The translations under genes and the position numbers were made by a program. This document shows, piece after piece, positions 45,740 to 58,163 of a stretch of 64,000 nt of DNA; position 1 is the first letter of the stretch; each line of letters starts with the position of its first letter. A model generated the notes under the pieces. That model did not search any database, was not told the DNA's origin, and was given only the letters and a program-made list of their open reading frames with translations. Origin of the DNA: Callorhinchus milii (Eukaryota); NCBI RefSeq assembly GCF_018977255.1, contig NW_024704742.1, forward strand, positions 73,348,001 through 73,412,000, written 5' to 3'.

Positions 45740-46410
45740 GTCTGTCTCTCTCAGTGACTGTTTGTCTGTCTGTTTCTCTCTCAGTGAATGTCTGTCTCTC
45801 TCAGTGAGTATCTCTCTCTCACAGTGAATGTCTCTCTCTCTCAGTGAATATCTGTCTGTCTCTCATTGTGTCTCTCCCAGTGTCTGTCTTTCAGTGAGTG
45901 ACTCTCTCTCTGTGTCTCTCTCTCTGTCAGTGTATGTCTCTCAGTGAGTGACTGTCTCTCTCTGTCTCTCTCTCTCTCTCTATCAGTATCTCTCCCAGTA
46001 TCTCTCTCAGTCAATGTTTGTCTCTCTGCCAGTGTCTCTCTCAGTCTCTGTCTCTCTCAGTTTCTCTCTGCCTCCCAGTCTCGCTCTCTGCCTCCCAGTC
46101 TCGCTCTCTGCCTCCCAGTCTCGCTCTCTGCCTCCCAGTCTTGCTCTGTCAGTGTCTGTCTCTCTGTCAGTGACTTTCTCATTCTCTCTCTCTCTGTCAG
46201 TATCTCTCTCAGTCTCTCTGTCTATGTCAGTGTCTCTCAGTCTCTCTCTCAATCAGTGTCTGGCTCTCTCAGTCTCTCTCTCTGTTAGTGTCTCTGTTCT
46301 CACTCAGTATCTGACTCTCAGTCAGTGTCTCTCTCAGTCAGTGTCTCTCTCAGTCAGTTTGTCAGTGTCTGTCTGTCTGTCAGTCTCTCAGTCTCCCAGT
46401 CAGTCTCCCA
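45740..46410 (+). repeat. CT/CAGT-rich low-complexity tract, including an 18-bp unit (tctctgcctcccagtctc) about x4
   Basis: Read directly from the sequence. Confidence 0.9.
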
Positions 46411-46726
46411 GTCTGACGCTCTCTGTGTCTGACGCTCTCTGTGTCTGATGCTCTCTGTGTCTGACGCTCTCTGTGTCTGACGCTCTCTGTGTCTGACGCT
46501 CTCTGTGTCTGACGCTCTCTGTGTCTGACGCTCTCTGTGTCTGACGCTCTCTGTGTCTGACGCTCTCTGTGTCTGACGCTCTCTGTGTCTGACGCTCTCT
46601 GTGTCTGACGCTCTCTGTGTCTGACGCTCTCTGTGTCTGACGCTCTCTGTGTCTGACGCTCTCTGTGTCTGACGCTCTCTGTGTCTGACGCTCTCTGTGT
46701 CTGACGCTCTCTGTGTCTGACGCTCT
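46411..46726 (+). repeat. 16-bp minisatellite (tctgacgctctctgtg) about x19-20, almost perfect
   Basis: Read directly; one C>T variant unit. Confidence 0.95.
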
Positions 46727-47160
46727 GTCGCTCTGTCTCTCAGTAAGTGTCCTCAACTCCAGGACCACTGCTGTGCTGACAGACTGTCTGTCGGACATCA
46801 AGTCCTGGATGAGGGGAGATTTCCTACCGCTGAATGTGAACAGGACTGAGGCCCTCCAGATTGGCTCACGTCAGCACCTCAGGCTCTGGCAACATCACCC
46901 TCATGGTTGCACACTTCAACTCACCAACAGGAACCTCGGTGTCTTGTTCGACCCTCAACTGTCTCTTCTTCCCCACATCCAAGTCATAACCCGCTCTGCC
47001 TTCCCCCATCTCCGTAACATCGCCCGATTCCGCCACGACCTCACCCCTCAGGCCACTGAAACTCTTGTTCGCGTCAGTGTCTCTCTCTCTGTCAGTCTCT
47101 CTGTCTCCCAGTCATTGTCTCTCTCTCTGTCAGTGTCTCTATCAGTCTCTCTCTCAATCA

Positions 47161-48262
47161 GTGTCTGAGTGTGTGTGTGTGTGTGTGTGGGGGGGGTGTG
47201 TGTGTGGGGGGGTGGTGTGGGTGTGTGTGTGGTGGGGGTGTGTGTGTGTATGTGTGTGTGGGGGGTGTGTGTGTATGTGTGTGTGGGGGGGGGTGTGGGG
47301 GGTGGGAGTGTGTGTGTGTGGGGGGGGGTGGGGGAGTGTGGGTGTGTGTGTGGTGTGTGTGTGTGTGTGTGTGGGGGGGTGTGTGGTGTATGTGTGTGTG
47401 TAGGTGAAGCTCACGGCCTGTGTGTGTGTGGTGTGTGTGGGGGTGTGGTGTGTGTGTGTGGTGTGTGTGTGGGGGGGGGGGGTGGGGGAGTGTGGGTGTG
47501 TGTGTGGTGTGTGTGTGTGTGTGTGTGGGGGGGTGTGTGGTGTATGTGTGTGTGTAGGTGAAGCTCACGGCCTGTGTGTGTGTGTGGTGTGTGTGGGGGT
47601 GTGGTGTGTGTGTGTGGTGTGTGTGTGTGTGTGTGTATGTGTGTGTGTGTATGTGTGTGTGTGTGTGTGTGGGTGTGTGTGTGTGTATGTGTGTGTGTGT
47701 GTGTGGTGTGTGTGTGTGTGGGTGTGTGTGTGTGTGGTGTGTGTGTGTGTGTGTGTGTGGGTGTGTGTGTGTGTGTGTGGGTGTGTGTGGGTGTGTGTGT
47801 GTGTATGTGTGTGTGTGTGTGTGGGTGTGTGTGTGTGTGTGTGTGTGTGGAGGTGAAGCTCACGGCCTGTGTGTGTGTGTGTGGTGTATGTGTGTGGTGT
47901 GTGTGTGTGTGTGTATGTGTGTATATGTGTGTGTGTGTGTGGGTGTGTGTGTGTGGGTGTGGGTGTGTGGGTGTGGGTGTGTGGGTGTGTATGTGTGTGT
48001 GTGGGGGTGTGTGTGTGTGTGGTGTGTGTGTGTGTGGGTGTGTGTGTATGTGTGTGTGTGTGTGTGGGTGTGTGTGTATGTGTGTGTGTGTGTGTGTGTG
48101 GGGGTGTGTGGTGTGTGTGTGTGGAGGTGAAGCTCACGGCCTGTGTGTGTGTGTGTGGGGGGGGGGGGGGGTGGGAGAGTGTGTGGGGGTGTGTGGTGTG
48201 TGTGTGGAGGTGAAGCTCACGGCCTGTGTGTGTGTGTGGTGTGTGTGTGGTGTATGTGTGTG

Positions 48263-48295
<33 letters not shown>

Positions 48296-48838
48296 TGTGT
48301 GTGTGGGTGTGTGGGTGTGTGTGTATGTGTGTGTGTGGGGGTGTGTGTGTGTGTGGTGTGTGTGTGTGTGTGGGTGTGTGTGTATGTGTGTGTGTGGGTG
48401 TGTGTGGTGTGTGTGTGGGGTGTGTGTGTGTGTGGTGTGTGTGTGTGTGTGGTGTGTGTGTGTGTGTGTGGGGTGTGTGTGTGGTGTGTGTGTGGTGTGG
48501 GTGTGTGTGTTGTGTGTGTGTGTGTGTGTGGGTGTGTGTGTGGGTGTGTGGTGTGTGTGTGTGTGGGTGTGTGTGTGTGTGTGTGTGGGGGTGTGTGTGT
48601 GTGTGGTGTGTGTGTGTGTGGGTGTGTGTGTGTGTGTGTGTGGGTGTGTGTGTGTGTGTGTGTGTGGGGGTGTGTGTGTGTGTGGTGTGTGTGTGTGTGT
48701 GGGTGTGTGTGTGTGTGGGGGTGTGTGTGTGGTGTGTGTGTGTGTGTGGGTGTGTGGTGTGTGTGTGTGTGTGTGTGTGTGGGTGTGTGTGTGGGTGTGT
48801 GGTGTGTGTGTGGGTGTGGGTGTGTGTGTGGGTGTGTG

Positions 48839-48869
<31 letters not shown>

Positions 48870-49489
48870 TGTGTGTGTGTGGGGGGTGTGTGTGTGTGGG
48901 GGTGTGTGTGTGTGTGTGTGGGTGTGTGTGTGGGGGTGTGTGTGTGTGTGTGTGTGTGGGGGTGTGTGTGTGTGTGTGTGTGTGGGGTGTGTGGGGGTGT
49001 GTGTGTGTGTGGGGGGGTGTGTGTGTGTGTGTGGGGGTGTGTGTGTGTGTGTGGGGGTGTGTGTGTGTGTGTGTGTGTGGGGGTGTGTGTGTGTGTGTGG
49101 TGTGTGTGTGTGTGGGGGTGTGTGTGTGTGTGTGTGGGGGTGTGTGTGTGTGTGTGGGGGTGTGTGTGTGTGTGTGGGGGTGTGTGTGTGTGTGTGGGGG
49201 TGTGTGTGTGTGTGTGGGGGTGTGTGTGTGTGTGTGGGGGTGTGTGTGTGTGTGTGTGTGGGTGTGTGTGGTGTGTGTGTGTGTGGGGGTGTGTGGAGGT
49301 GAAGCTCACGGCCTGTGTATGTGTGTGTGTGTGTATATGTATATGTGTGGGTGTGTGTGTGTGTGGGGGTGTGTGTGGGGGTGTGTGTGTGTGTGGGGGT
49401 GTGTGTGTGTGTGGGGGTGTGTGTGGGTGTGTGTGTGGGTGTGTGGTGTGTGTGTGTGTATGTGTGTGTGTGTGTATATGTATATGTGT

Positions 49490-49538
<49 letters not shown>

Positions 49539-49576
49539 GGTGTGTGTGTGGGTGTGTATGTGTGGGTGTGTGGGGG
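47161..49576 (+). repeat. 2.4-kb compound (GT)n/G-run array with six embedded AGGTGAAGCTCACGGCCT motifs
   Basis: Motif starts at 47402, 47556, 47851, 48125, 48208 and 49297. Confidence 0.95.
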
Positions 49577-49689
49577 TCAGACCCAGGGCTGAGGTTCGGG
49601 CCTCTCACACACGGCACCAACACTCAGTGACAGCACATCAACAGCAGACATTAGACACACAGTGCACCGGACAGACACTGACTGACTGA

Positions 49690-49940
49690 CTGACAGACGG
49701 CAGTGAGGCCGCAGCAGCTCCACAGCCACAGGCTCTGGGCCCCGCTGCCCCCGAGGCCTCCCCCCCCTCCCCCCCTCCCCTCCCGGCGGCTCGGGGCCGG
49801 GACTCCCCTCTCTCACCTCAGTCACAGGGCCGCTCCGCTCCTCGGTCTCCGCACACACACACACACACACAGAGAGAGAGGCCGCGCACACACAGTGCCG
49901 CCCAGAGACAGGGAGGAGCCTCACCCACTGCTCCCGCCCT
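49690..49940 (-). promoter_or_regulatory. Candidate GNE CpG-rich promoter / non-coding exon 1 (best donor TGAG|gtgaga, exon end 49817; alternative GG|gtgagg at 49925)
   Basis: The most conspicuous non-TE CpG-dense GC-rich patch upstream of exon 2, with GC-box-like ccgccc motifs and consensus donor sites on the minus strand. Confidence 0.55.
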
Positions 49941-50690
49941 CACACTGCCACTCACACTGCCTCACTGCCACCCCCTGCCACACGGCCTCACACTGCCACA
50001 CACTGCCATTCCCTGTCTCACTGCCACTCACACTGCCTCACACTGCCACTCACACTGCCTCATTGCCACCCCCTGCCACACGGCCTCACACTGCCACACA
50101 CTGCCATTCCCTGTCTCACTGCCACTCACACTGCCACTCCACTGCCTCACTGCCACTCACACTGCCTCACTGCCACTCACACTGCCACTCCACTGCCACA
50201 CACTGCCATTCCCTGCCACTCCCTGCCACACACTGCCTCGCACTGCCATTCCCTGTCTCACTGCCACTCCCTGCCATACGCTGCCTCACTGCCACTCACA
50301 CTGCCATTCCCTGCCATACACTGCCTCACTGCCATTCACACTGCCAATCCCTGCCACACACTGCCTCACTGCCACTCACTCACAGCCTCCCTCACACTCA
50401 CTCACTCACTCACAGCATCACTCGCAGCCTCATTCACTCACTGCCTCACGCTCCCTCCCTCACTACCTCACGCTCCCTCCCTTACTGCCTGCCTCACTAC
50501 CTCCCTCGCTGCCTCTCCCTCCCTCTCTCACTGCCTTACTCTCCCTCACTGCCTCACGCTCCCTCCCTCATTGCCTCACGCTCCCTCTCCCACTGCTTCA
50601 CTCTCCCTCCCTCACTCTCCCTCCCTCTCTCACTGCCTCACGCTCCCTCTCTCACTGCCTCACACTCCCTCCCTCACTCTCCCTCTGTGT
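49937..50690 (+). repeat. Degenerate (cactgcc/ctcacactgcca) tandem array grading into a C/T-rich tract
   Basis: Read directly from the sequence. Confidence 0.9.
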
Positions 50691-50776
50691 CTGTCCTTCT
50701 GTCTCTCAGTGAGTGTCCTCAACTCCAGAACCAATGCTATCCTCTGTCACTTCCCAGCTGGACTATTCCAGACAGA

Positions 50777-51028
50777 GGGCAAAACCTTGGGCAAGTTTCC
50801 TTACTCCACACAGAGCCTAATAATAATCCCTCCAAAAAAACAAAACAATAATAAATTGGTCATTTTCAATCCACGACTGTTTGTGGGACATTGCTGTGTG
50901 CAATTGGCTGCCACGTTCGCCCACAAATATACAGTCAATTCACTTTACAGTATATTCTGTGAAGCGCTTTGAGACGTCTAGAAGACGTGAAAAGCGCTAT
51001 ATCAAATGCAAGGATTATTATTATTATT
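50777..51028 (+). mobile_element. 5'-truncated copy of the tRNA-derived SINE. Further partial or related copies at about 1590-1783, 2640-2760, 4225-4380, 4603-4810, 11610-11900, 35200-35420, 54195-54310 and 60528-60965
   Basis: Shared body (aaaccttgggcaagtttccttactcc...) and/or tail. Confidence 0.85.
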
Positions 51029-54000
51029 CCAAAGGCATCCTCGCTGGTCTCCCCAGATCCACCAAACACAAAATCCAATTAATCCAAAACTCCACCAATT
51101 GGATACTCACCTGCATAAAACTCTGTATCCCCATCACACCAGTACATATCAGGCTCCACTGGCTCCCAATTACCAACCTGATCAATTTCAAGATCCTCCT
51201 AGTTGTTTTCAAATCCCCTCATGCCCTTGCACCTCCTTACCTATCCAATCTGCTTACCTCCCACTCCATTATCCGCTGCCATTGCTCGGCTGGCTCCAGC
51301 CTCCTATTTGTCCCTCGTTACCTCCGCTCCACCATCAGTGGCCGTACCTTCAGCCACTACACCCTGAAACAACAACAACAACAAGATTCCATTTATTGAG
51401 CGCCTTTCACGTCGGGAGGACGTCCCAAGGCGCTGTACAGTTGGGTCAGGACCCGAGCAGGGGGGAAATGGTCAGGGTGAGGGGAGGGAAGGGAGGGAGC
51501 GAGCGAGGAGGGGGTAAAGAGTCGAGAGGGGAGCTGAAGGCTCGGTCAAAGAGAAAGGTCTTGAGACCGGCCTTGAAGGAGGAAAGGGAGGAGGCGGCGA
51601 AGGCACTGGGGGATAGAGTTCCAGAGCCTCGGGGCTGAGAGGCTGAAGGTCCGGCCACCGATGGTAGGGCGGTTGGGGCGGGGGATGTGGAGCAGACCGG
51701 AGCCAGAGGAACGGAGGGTACGGGCGGGTATATGCTTGAATACTCTCCCTCAATCCCTCTACCTTGCCCCCCACCCTACCCCCTCCCCGATGAAGGGTCG
51801 TGGACCCGAAACGTTGACTCAATTTTCTCTCTCTATGGATGCTGCCGGATCTGCTGAGTGTTCCCAGCGACTTCTGCGTTTATACCTCTTTAACCATTCC
51901 TTTGTGTTACACAACGGGCACTGTATAAGACCATGGTGGAACAATGGAGGTGGGCTTTTTGTCACAAGGCGCAGTTAGTGAATTCAGGTTTAAAGAATGT
52001 GGCTAATCTAGTTTTAGATACTAGGTCTGCCTAGTGCCTTCAGCTCCCCTCTCGACTCTCTTCCCCCTCCTCGCTCCCTCCCTCCCTTCCCTCCCCTCAC
52101 CCTGACCATTTCCCCCCTCCTCGCTCCCTCCCTTCCCTCACCCTGACCATTTCCCCCCTGCTCGGGTCATGACCCAACTGTGCAGCGCCTTGGGACGTCC
52201 TCCTGACGTGAAAGGCGCTTTATAAATGGAATCTTGTTGTTGTTGTTGTTGTAGTGCAATTATGGCAATGGGTTTCTCAGACATTCCACATGTGAAACTG
52301 TTGTGCTGTGTGATACAATGAAAGTTAGCTGATGTGTAGCAATCACAGAAAATGGAGTAGCAGAGTTAACCAAACAGGAAAACCTACATCAAACTCCAAC
52401 CCTTTAACAAGGGAGCTTATCTGTGTAATAAGTCCTAATGTAATACTGCACCCTGGTCAAAGTGCACAATGATTTAGTAATTCAAAACAAGGCCTGGCTT
52501 GACTTTTAAAAATCTGTTAAGTGTCAAGCGTCTGACATAAGACTCAAGTATTTTTCAGTTCCTTATTTATTCATCAATTAAACAAACTGTCAGCTGGGTA
52601 GCTCTCTTGCCTTTGGTACTGAGCTCACAGCTTGGGCTGATATTCCAGTGACGTATTTGGTGTTCTATGTTGCTGTGTCTTTTGGGTGAAAGAAGAAAGC
52701 AATAAACCAGTCTGCCTGTTTTTAAGGTGGAAGTTAAAGATTCAGTGAAACTGTTCAAAATGAGAAGGAAGTTTCTCCTGGTGTTCTAGCCAACATTCCC
52801 CTGGACAAATCATTTATTCACCTCAAAACTCTTTGTGTGACTCTGCTGTGCCCATAGTTGCTGCCTACAAAAAACAATACAGGTCGACCAAGGATTAGAA
52901 TATGAACTGTTATAGTGTGAATATGTTCACAGTGAGACTGAGAAAGCAATAAACAATGAAAATGGGATGCTGGACTGTATTGCAAAATCGGTTAAGTTCA
53001 GATTCCCAGATGTTACTGAAGATTGAAGACTCTTAGCTTGTCTAATTGTTGGTCATAGACTTTAGTTCATTATGTACTAATGGGGATTATCTTTGCTGCT
53101 TTATTCTGCACTATGTCGTGGCAATCAGAAGTGCATGCAGTATTCTAGATGTGGCACAACCAGAGCAATATACAGCCTGAGTATGACATTGGGCATCTGA
53201 ACACAACAGATTTAGCAATATATATTCCAGCATCCTGTTGGCATTGATATTACTACCTTACACTGTTTGCTCTGAATTGTCAATAAAGCATTATACCTAC
53301 ATTATTTTATTGACTTTCTCTATTGCAATATGTTCAGTAGTTTTGTAATACATTACGGAGATGTATGTCATCCTGAATTAAGAACTACTACTCACACTAT
53401 TAACAAGTAAAAGCCCAGAACCCACCACGGGCTTACAAGCATCTTAATCTTTTTCCAAGATGACATTTTCTAAGATGACTATCCTATCAATCCAGCGTAC
53501 GTTCACAAAACACAGTCTCGATATGTGTGAAATATTTGATCCAGTTTATACAGGAAACTAATTTCAATAATTGGATATTTAGTGAAATCAATCATTGTCC
53601 TCTATGATATAACGCAAGATCTCCCGGTAGCTCTGCTGGATCCAAGGTGACATGCTGGGAAATGAATGTCGGAATTGAGTCAATCCTCTGTGGCGGTTTC
53701 AATAGTCCGGTTCCTGACCCCGGTGGGTCTGCAGTACTCCAGGACATTGCTTATAACGGAAAGCTTGTGACAGAGTTCTCAATGGCAAGCAATACAGTTT
53801 TAGCTGGTTAAGTTCTGGCAGCAACCCCAACACACACTCTGGGGTCCCCAAGGCTTGTCTCTTGCAACCTGCACCTAATTCTCTCAGGAATTAGGTGATC
53901 AGGATGCATCTCTCCAGAAATAGTATGCATTCCGTTCCAGACTGGGAATTTCCATGTTTAGGTGACATACAACTCTGTCTGGTTTGGACACTCTTTTAAG

Positions 54001-57000
54001 CATACTGACAGGTTTCCAGGTATATCACACACACGGCTGACCAAAAAAAAGATCAAAATGAAAGATTGTCTGAATGAAAACAAAATAATAAATGAAAGCA
54101 GCGTCTATTCAAGATTCCGAACCTCAGTTGCTGTACATAAAATATCCATGTAACGGTCGTCAGCAGCACCTTTGTCCCGCAGCTTCATTGTGAAGCGTTC
54201 GCCCACAAATATACAGTCAATTCACTTTACAGTATATTCTGTGAAGCGCTTTGGGATGTTTAGAAGAGGTGAAAAGCGCTATATCAAATGCAAGGATTAT
54301 TATTGTTATTAAGCAATCATATTTAAGAGCTTCAATAAGCTGTTGAGTCTGAGCAGTGGTTCAAGTGGATGTGCTTAGGTCATAGATGGCTTCAGGAAAC
54401 TGCTCTGAAAACATCCTTTTATGGCATGTATTCCATCCATTGTAAGCAAGGAAAGGGGTCAGTAGGCCATAAGGCCTCAACCCTTTAGGCAAGAGTTAAT
54501 GTCAGCGTTATGAGTCAGAGTAGCTTGAGCTACACTTCCAGCAGTCGTTGTGGGGAAACATAAGGTGCCACGTTTGGTCATAGTTAAAATTCTATTTATT
54601 TAGATTGTTATAGACATTATGAGATTAATCATTGATGATGCCTGGCAGACGGTATGTTGAATACAGGTTAAAAGATAACAATAAATAATCCTAGCATTTA
54701 GCCTAGCGTCTTTCACATCAGGAGGATGTTCCAAAGTGCTTCCCAGGATATACTGTAAAATGCAGTGATTGTATGTTTTCTGGGCAAAAGATACAGTGGA
54801 ACATGGAATTGTTTTTCAGTCCAGGTATACAGAGTACCTTACTAGATCAAAATACAGTAAACTCCTGATAAAGAAAACCGGTCTTAAATTATCATTACTA
54901 CTTAAGTCATCATCCTGTCAATATGCCAGCATATTTATTTATGTATTTATGCATAAGCCTAACTCGCCACTCTGGATAATGAGCCCTTTTCCCTTGGAGC
55001 GATGAGTTGTTAGGAGTTTACTGTATACATTAACCACATGGGGGTCACTAAACATACACTCCAACATCCTTACAGAATGGGTGGCAAAGGTGCTGAATGA
55101 AGATTTTACAGTGTCACCTGATGTAAACCTTTGTATAAAACCTTGGTTAGACCACGTTATGTATTATATCCAATTCTGCTCACTACACTGCAAGAAGAAT
55201 TATAACAATAATGGAAAGAGTAGAGCGGATGTTTAAAAGGATGATACCAGGGCTGATGGGTTACTGCTATCGGGATAGATTGGATAGGTTAGGCCTTCTT
55301 TTGCTAGGGAAGAGACATTCAAGGGGAGACCTAATAGAGGTGTTCAAAATTATAAAATAAAGTTTGATAAGATTCGCATAAAGGGTTAGACTATTGCAAC
55401 TTGTTAGTGAGTCCATAACTAGGAGACATAAGTAGAAGATAGTGATTATGGGATCTAAAAGAGAATTTAGGAGAACTTCATGCAGAGGGTAGTGAGATTA
55501 TGGAACTCACTGCCTGAAGCGGAGGTTGAATCAGATAGTATAGATGCATTTAAGAAAAAGCTAAACCTTCACATGAGGGAGAGGGGAATAGAAGGCTATG
55601 GGAGGGATTAGGTGGAGACTCACGTAGAGTATAAACACTGGCACAGACTAGTTGGGCTGAATGACCTGTTTCCAAGTTTTATCTATGTAAACAATGAAAC
55701 TTCCAGCCCATCCTGGCTAAATGATAAAGTCCATATATTTTGTGTGTGCTTTAGGGGCTTCTTCTCCTCCATTGAAATCAATCCCTTGTTTGGAACCAAT
55801 GGTTCACATGTTTCCTGGAGATGCTGGTGTGAGCTGGTAAATACTTTATCACCTGCTTCCTCTTTCTTTTCCTCCAAAATCTCCACAGCAACTTGTACCA
55901 ACAACAATAAATTACATTTATACAGTGTCTTTCATGTCAGGAGGATGTCCTGAGTCTCTGGACAGGCAGGGATTTGGATCCGAACAGGGGGTTGGGATCA
56001 GGAGTGGTGGAGCGCAGGGAGGGTAGGGATTGGAGGGTGACTGAAGGCACGGTCGAAGAGGAAAGTCATGAGATGTGTCTTGAAGGAGGCAAGGGAGGGA
56101 GCGAAGTGAAGGGACTATGGGATGGAGTTTCAAAGGGTGGGGGCAGAGAGGCTGAAGGCTCGACTGCTAATGGTGGGGCGGCCAGGCAGGGGAGGTGGAG
56201 CGGGCCGGAACCTGCTGAGCGGAGGGAGCAAACCAAGTATTTTAGGGTGTATAGAGCCTGATTGCTCATTGTCATTTGATATGGACAATGTTGGCCTAGC
56301 CAGTCATGTTGTGATTTCTACTCTGTAGAGATGTATTTAAAGGGAAAGGTATTTGTGAATATTCTTATTACCATGCCAGCTTGGTCCTGCACATCCACGC
56401 ACATCTGAGAAGAAAGCTTGGAAGGATCCAGCAGCATAAACGAGGTTTACAGGATGATGGTTAGAACCTGTGATATGACTTCATGTCCAATTACTGGTAT
56501 AAATCTATAATGACTTTCACATAAAAATAACAAATAATAATCTTTGCATTCAATACTGCATCTTTCATGTCAGGAGGACGTCCCAAGGCACTTCACGGGA
56601 TTTACTGCAAAGTGTAGTGACTGTGTATTTTGTAGCCGAATGTAATTGATCTGTAAGATTTCTACATTAGCACAACCTTTTACAGTTTCTGGTGCATTTA
56701 AACCCTCTTTACATTTCCACTGAAGCATATTCCATCGGAATGTGTAGATAGAGCCACAGTATGTTCCATTGATTTTAAGGGAATACATGCCCTTTGTTCA
56801 AAAACGATTGCTCAATACCATCCTATTCATACATCATGTGAACTGGACTAGTCATGCTGATGTCATTGGGTGTTGTCCAAAACACATCTTTTATGAAAAG
56901 AAATCCAAATAACTTGCAGACAATTGCCAACACTCCTAGATTTCTTTCAGCTTCCTGCTTGGCAAATTCTGTCTCATCCATGGAGTACTTGGATTCCCTA

Positions 57001-57842
57001 TTCCTGCATCCTATAGGTAGTACATTATATTTATCTGTATTAAACTTAATTTGTTATCAGCCAATGTGAATGGTATTTCCTAGGACCTTTGCTATTTCCT
57101 CTGATTCCATAGTTCCCCCAAACTTGCAAAAGTAGCTGTCTTCCATTAGGCCTGCGAATCCAGGTCATTCATGTATATGAGAGAAAGGTGGGTCCCAGTG
57201 CAGAACCCTGAGGCACCCTGCTTAGTATCTCTCCCATTTTGACCTAGCTCCCTTGATAAAGACCCTCTGGTTCCTTTCCTTCAGCCAATTCTGAATCTAC
57301 ATTCATGTCTTGCATTTGATACTCAGTGACCACAGTTTGTGAAGGAGTTTCTTGTGTGGAACTTTGTCAAATGCCTTTTGGAAGTCTAGATGTACTACAT
57401 CATATTGCTTCCCAAAGTCAATTTGGCTTTCACCTACTCAAAAATGTCTATGAGATTGGTTAGACAAGACTTACTCTTTCTGAACTAATGTTGGTTGTTA
57501 TTTATTAGATTTTTTTAATATAGGTATTTTTCCACTTCCTTTCTGATGATTGACTCCATAATTTTTTCCAATTATTGAGGACAGGTTGGGATGCCAGTTA
57601 CCATGTTTAATTTTGTTACCTATCTTGGAGAAGGGATCAACATCTACTTGTTTCCAGTCCATTGCTAACCCCCCACCCCCGAGTTCTGATTGAACTGATG
57701 TCCCTCGATGGTCAGGATAGGATAGACACTGACACCTGCGAAAAATGATCACTTGGGCAAGTATCAGTGGGTAAATAATGCCATGGAGTTTTACCTGAGT
57801 AGCAGTCAGCGAATTTACCATGCACTTGCAATAGCTTTGTGG

Positions 57843-58163
57843 AATCCTGCAGCTTAGTGGTTACAACACTCGCCTTGCAAGCGAGACACCTGGGTTCAAT
57901 TCCAGGCAGGGCGAAACCTTGGGCAAGTTTCCTTACTCCACACACCTAATAATAATCCCTCCAAAACCAAAAACAATAATAAATTGGTCATTTTCAATCC
58001 AGGACTATTTGTGGGACACTGCTGTGCACAATTGGCGGCCGCATTTTGTCCACAAATGTACGGTCAATTCACTTTACAGTCTATTTTGTGAAGCGCTTTG
58101 AGATGTCGAAAAGATGTGAAAAGCGCTATATCAAATGCAAGAATTATTATTTTTATTATTATT
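57843..58163 (+). mobile_element. Full-length tRNA-derived SINE (same family)
   Basis: Head gcagcttagtggtt...ggttcaattcc, with the same body and tail. Confidence 0.88.

Noticed and set aside
47402..49314. Identical 18-mer with variable spacers, superficially CRISPR-like
   Set aside because: Vertebrate DNA, spacers are GT microsatellite of 65-1071 bp, and there are no cas genes.
47065..49689. Long ORFs of up to 672 aa (CV/HT-rich)
   Set aside because: Translations of a (GT)n array that lacks stop codons; no protein signal.
49703..50851. 382-aa ORF and the neighbouring 133-166 aa ORFs at 45944-46801
   Set aside because: Low-complexity tandem repeats.
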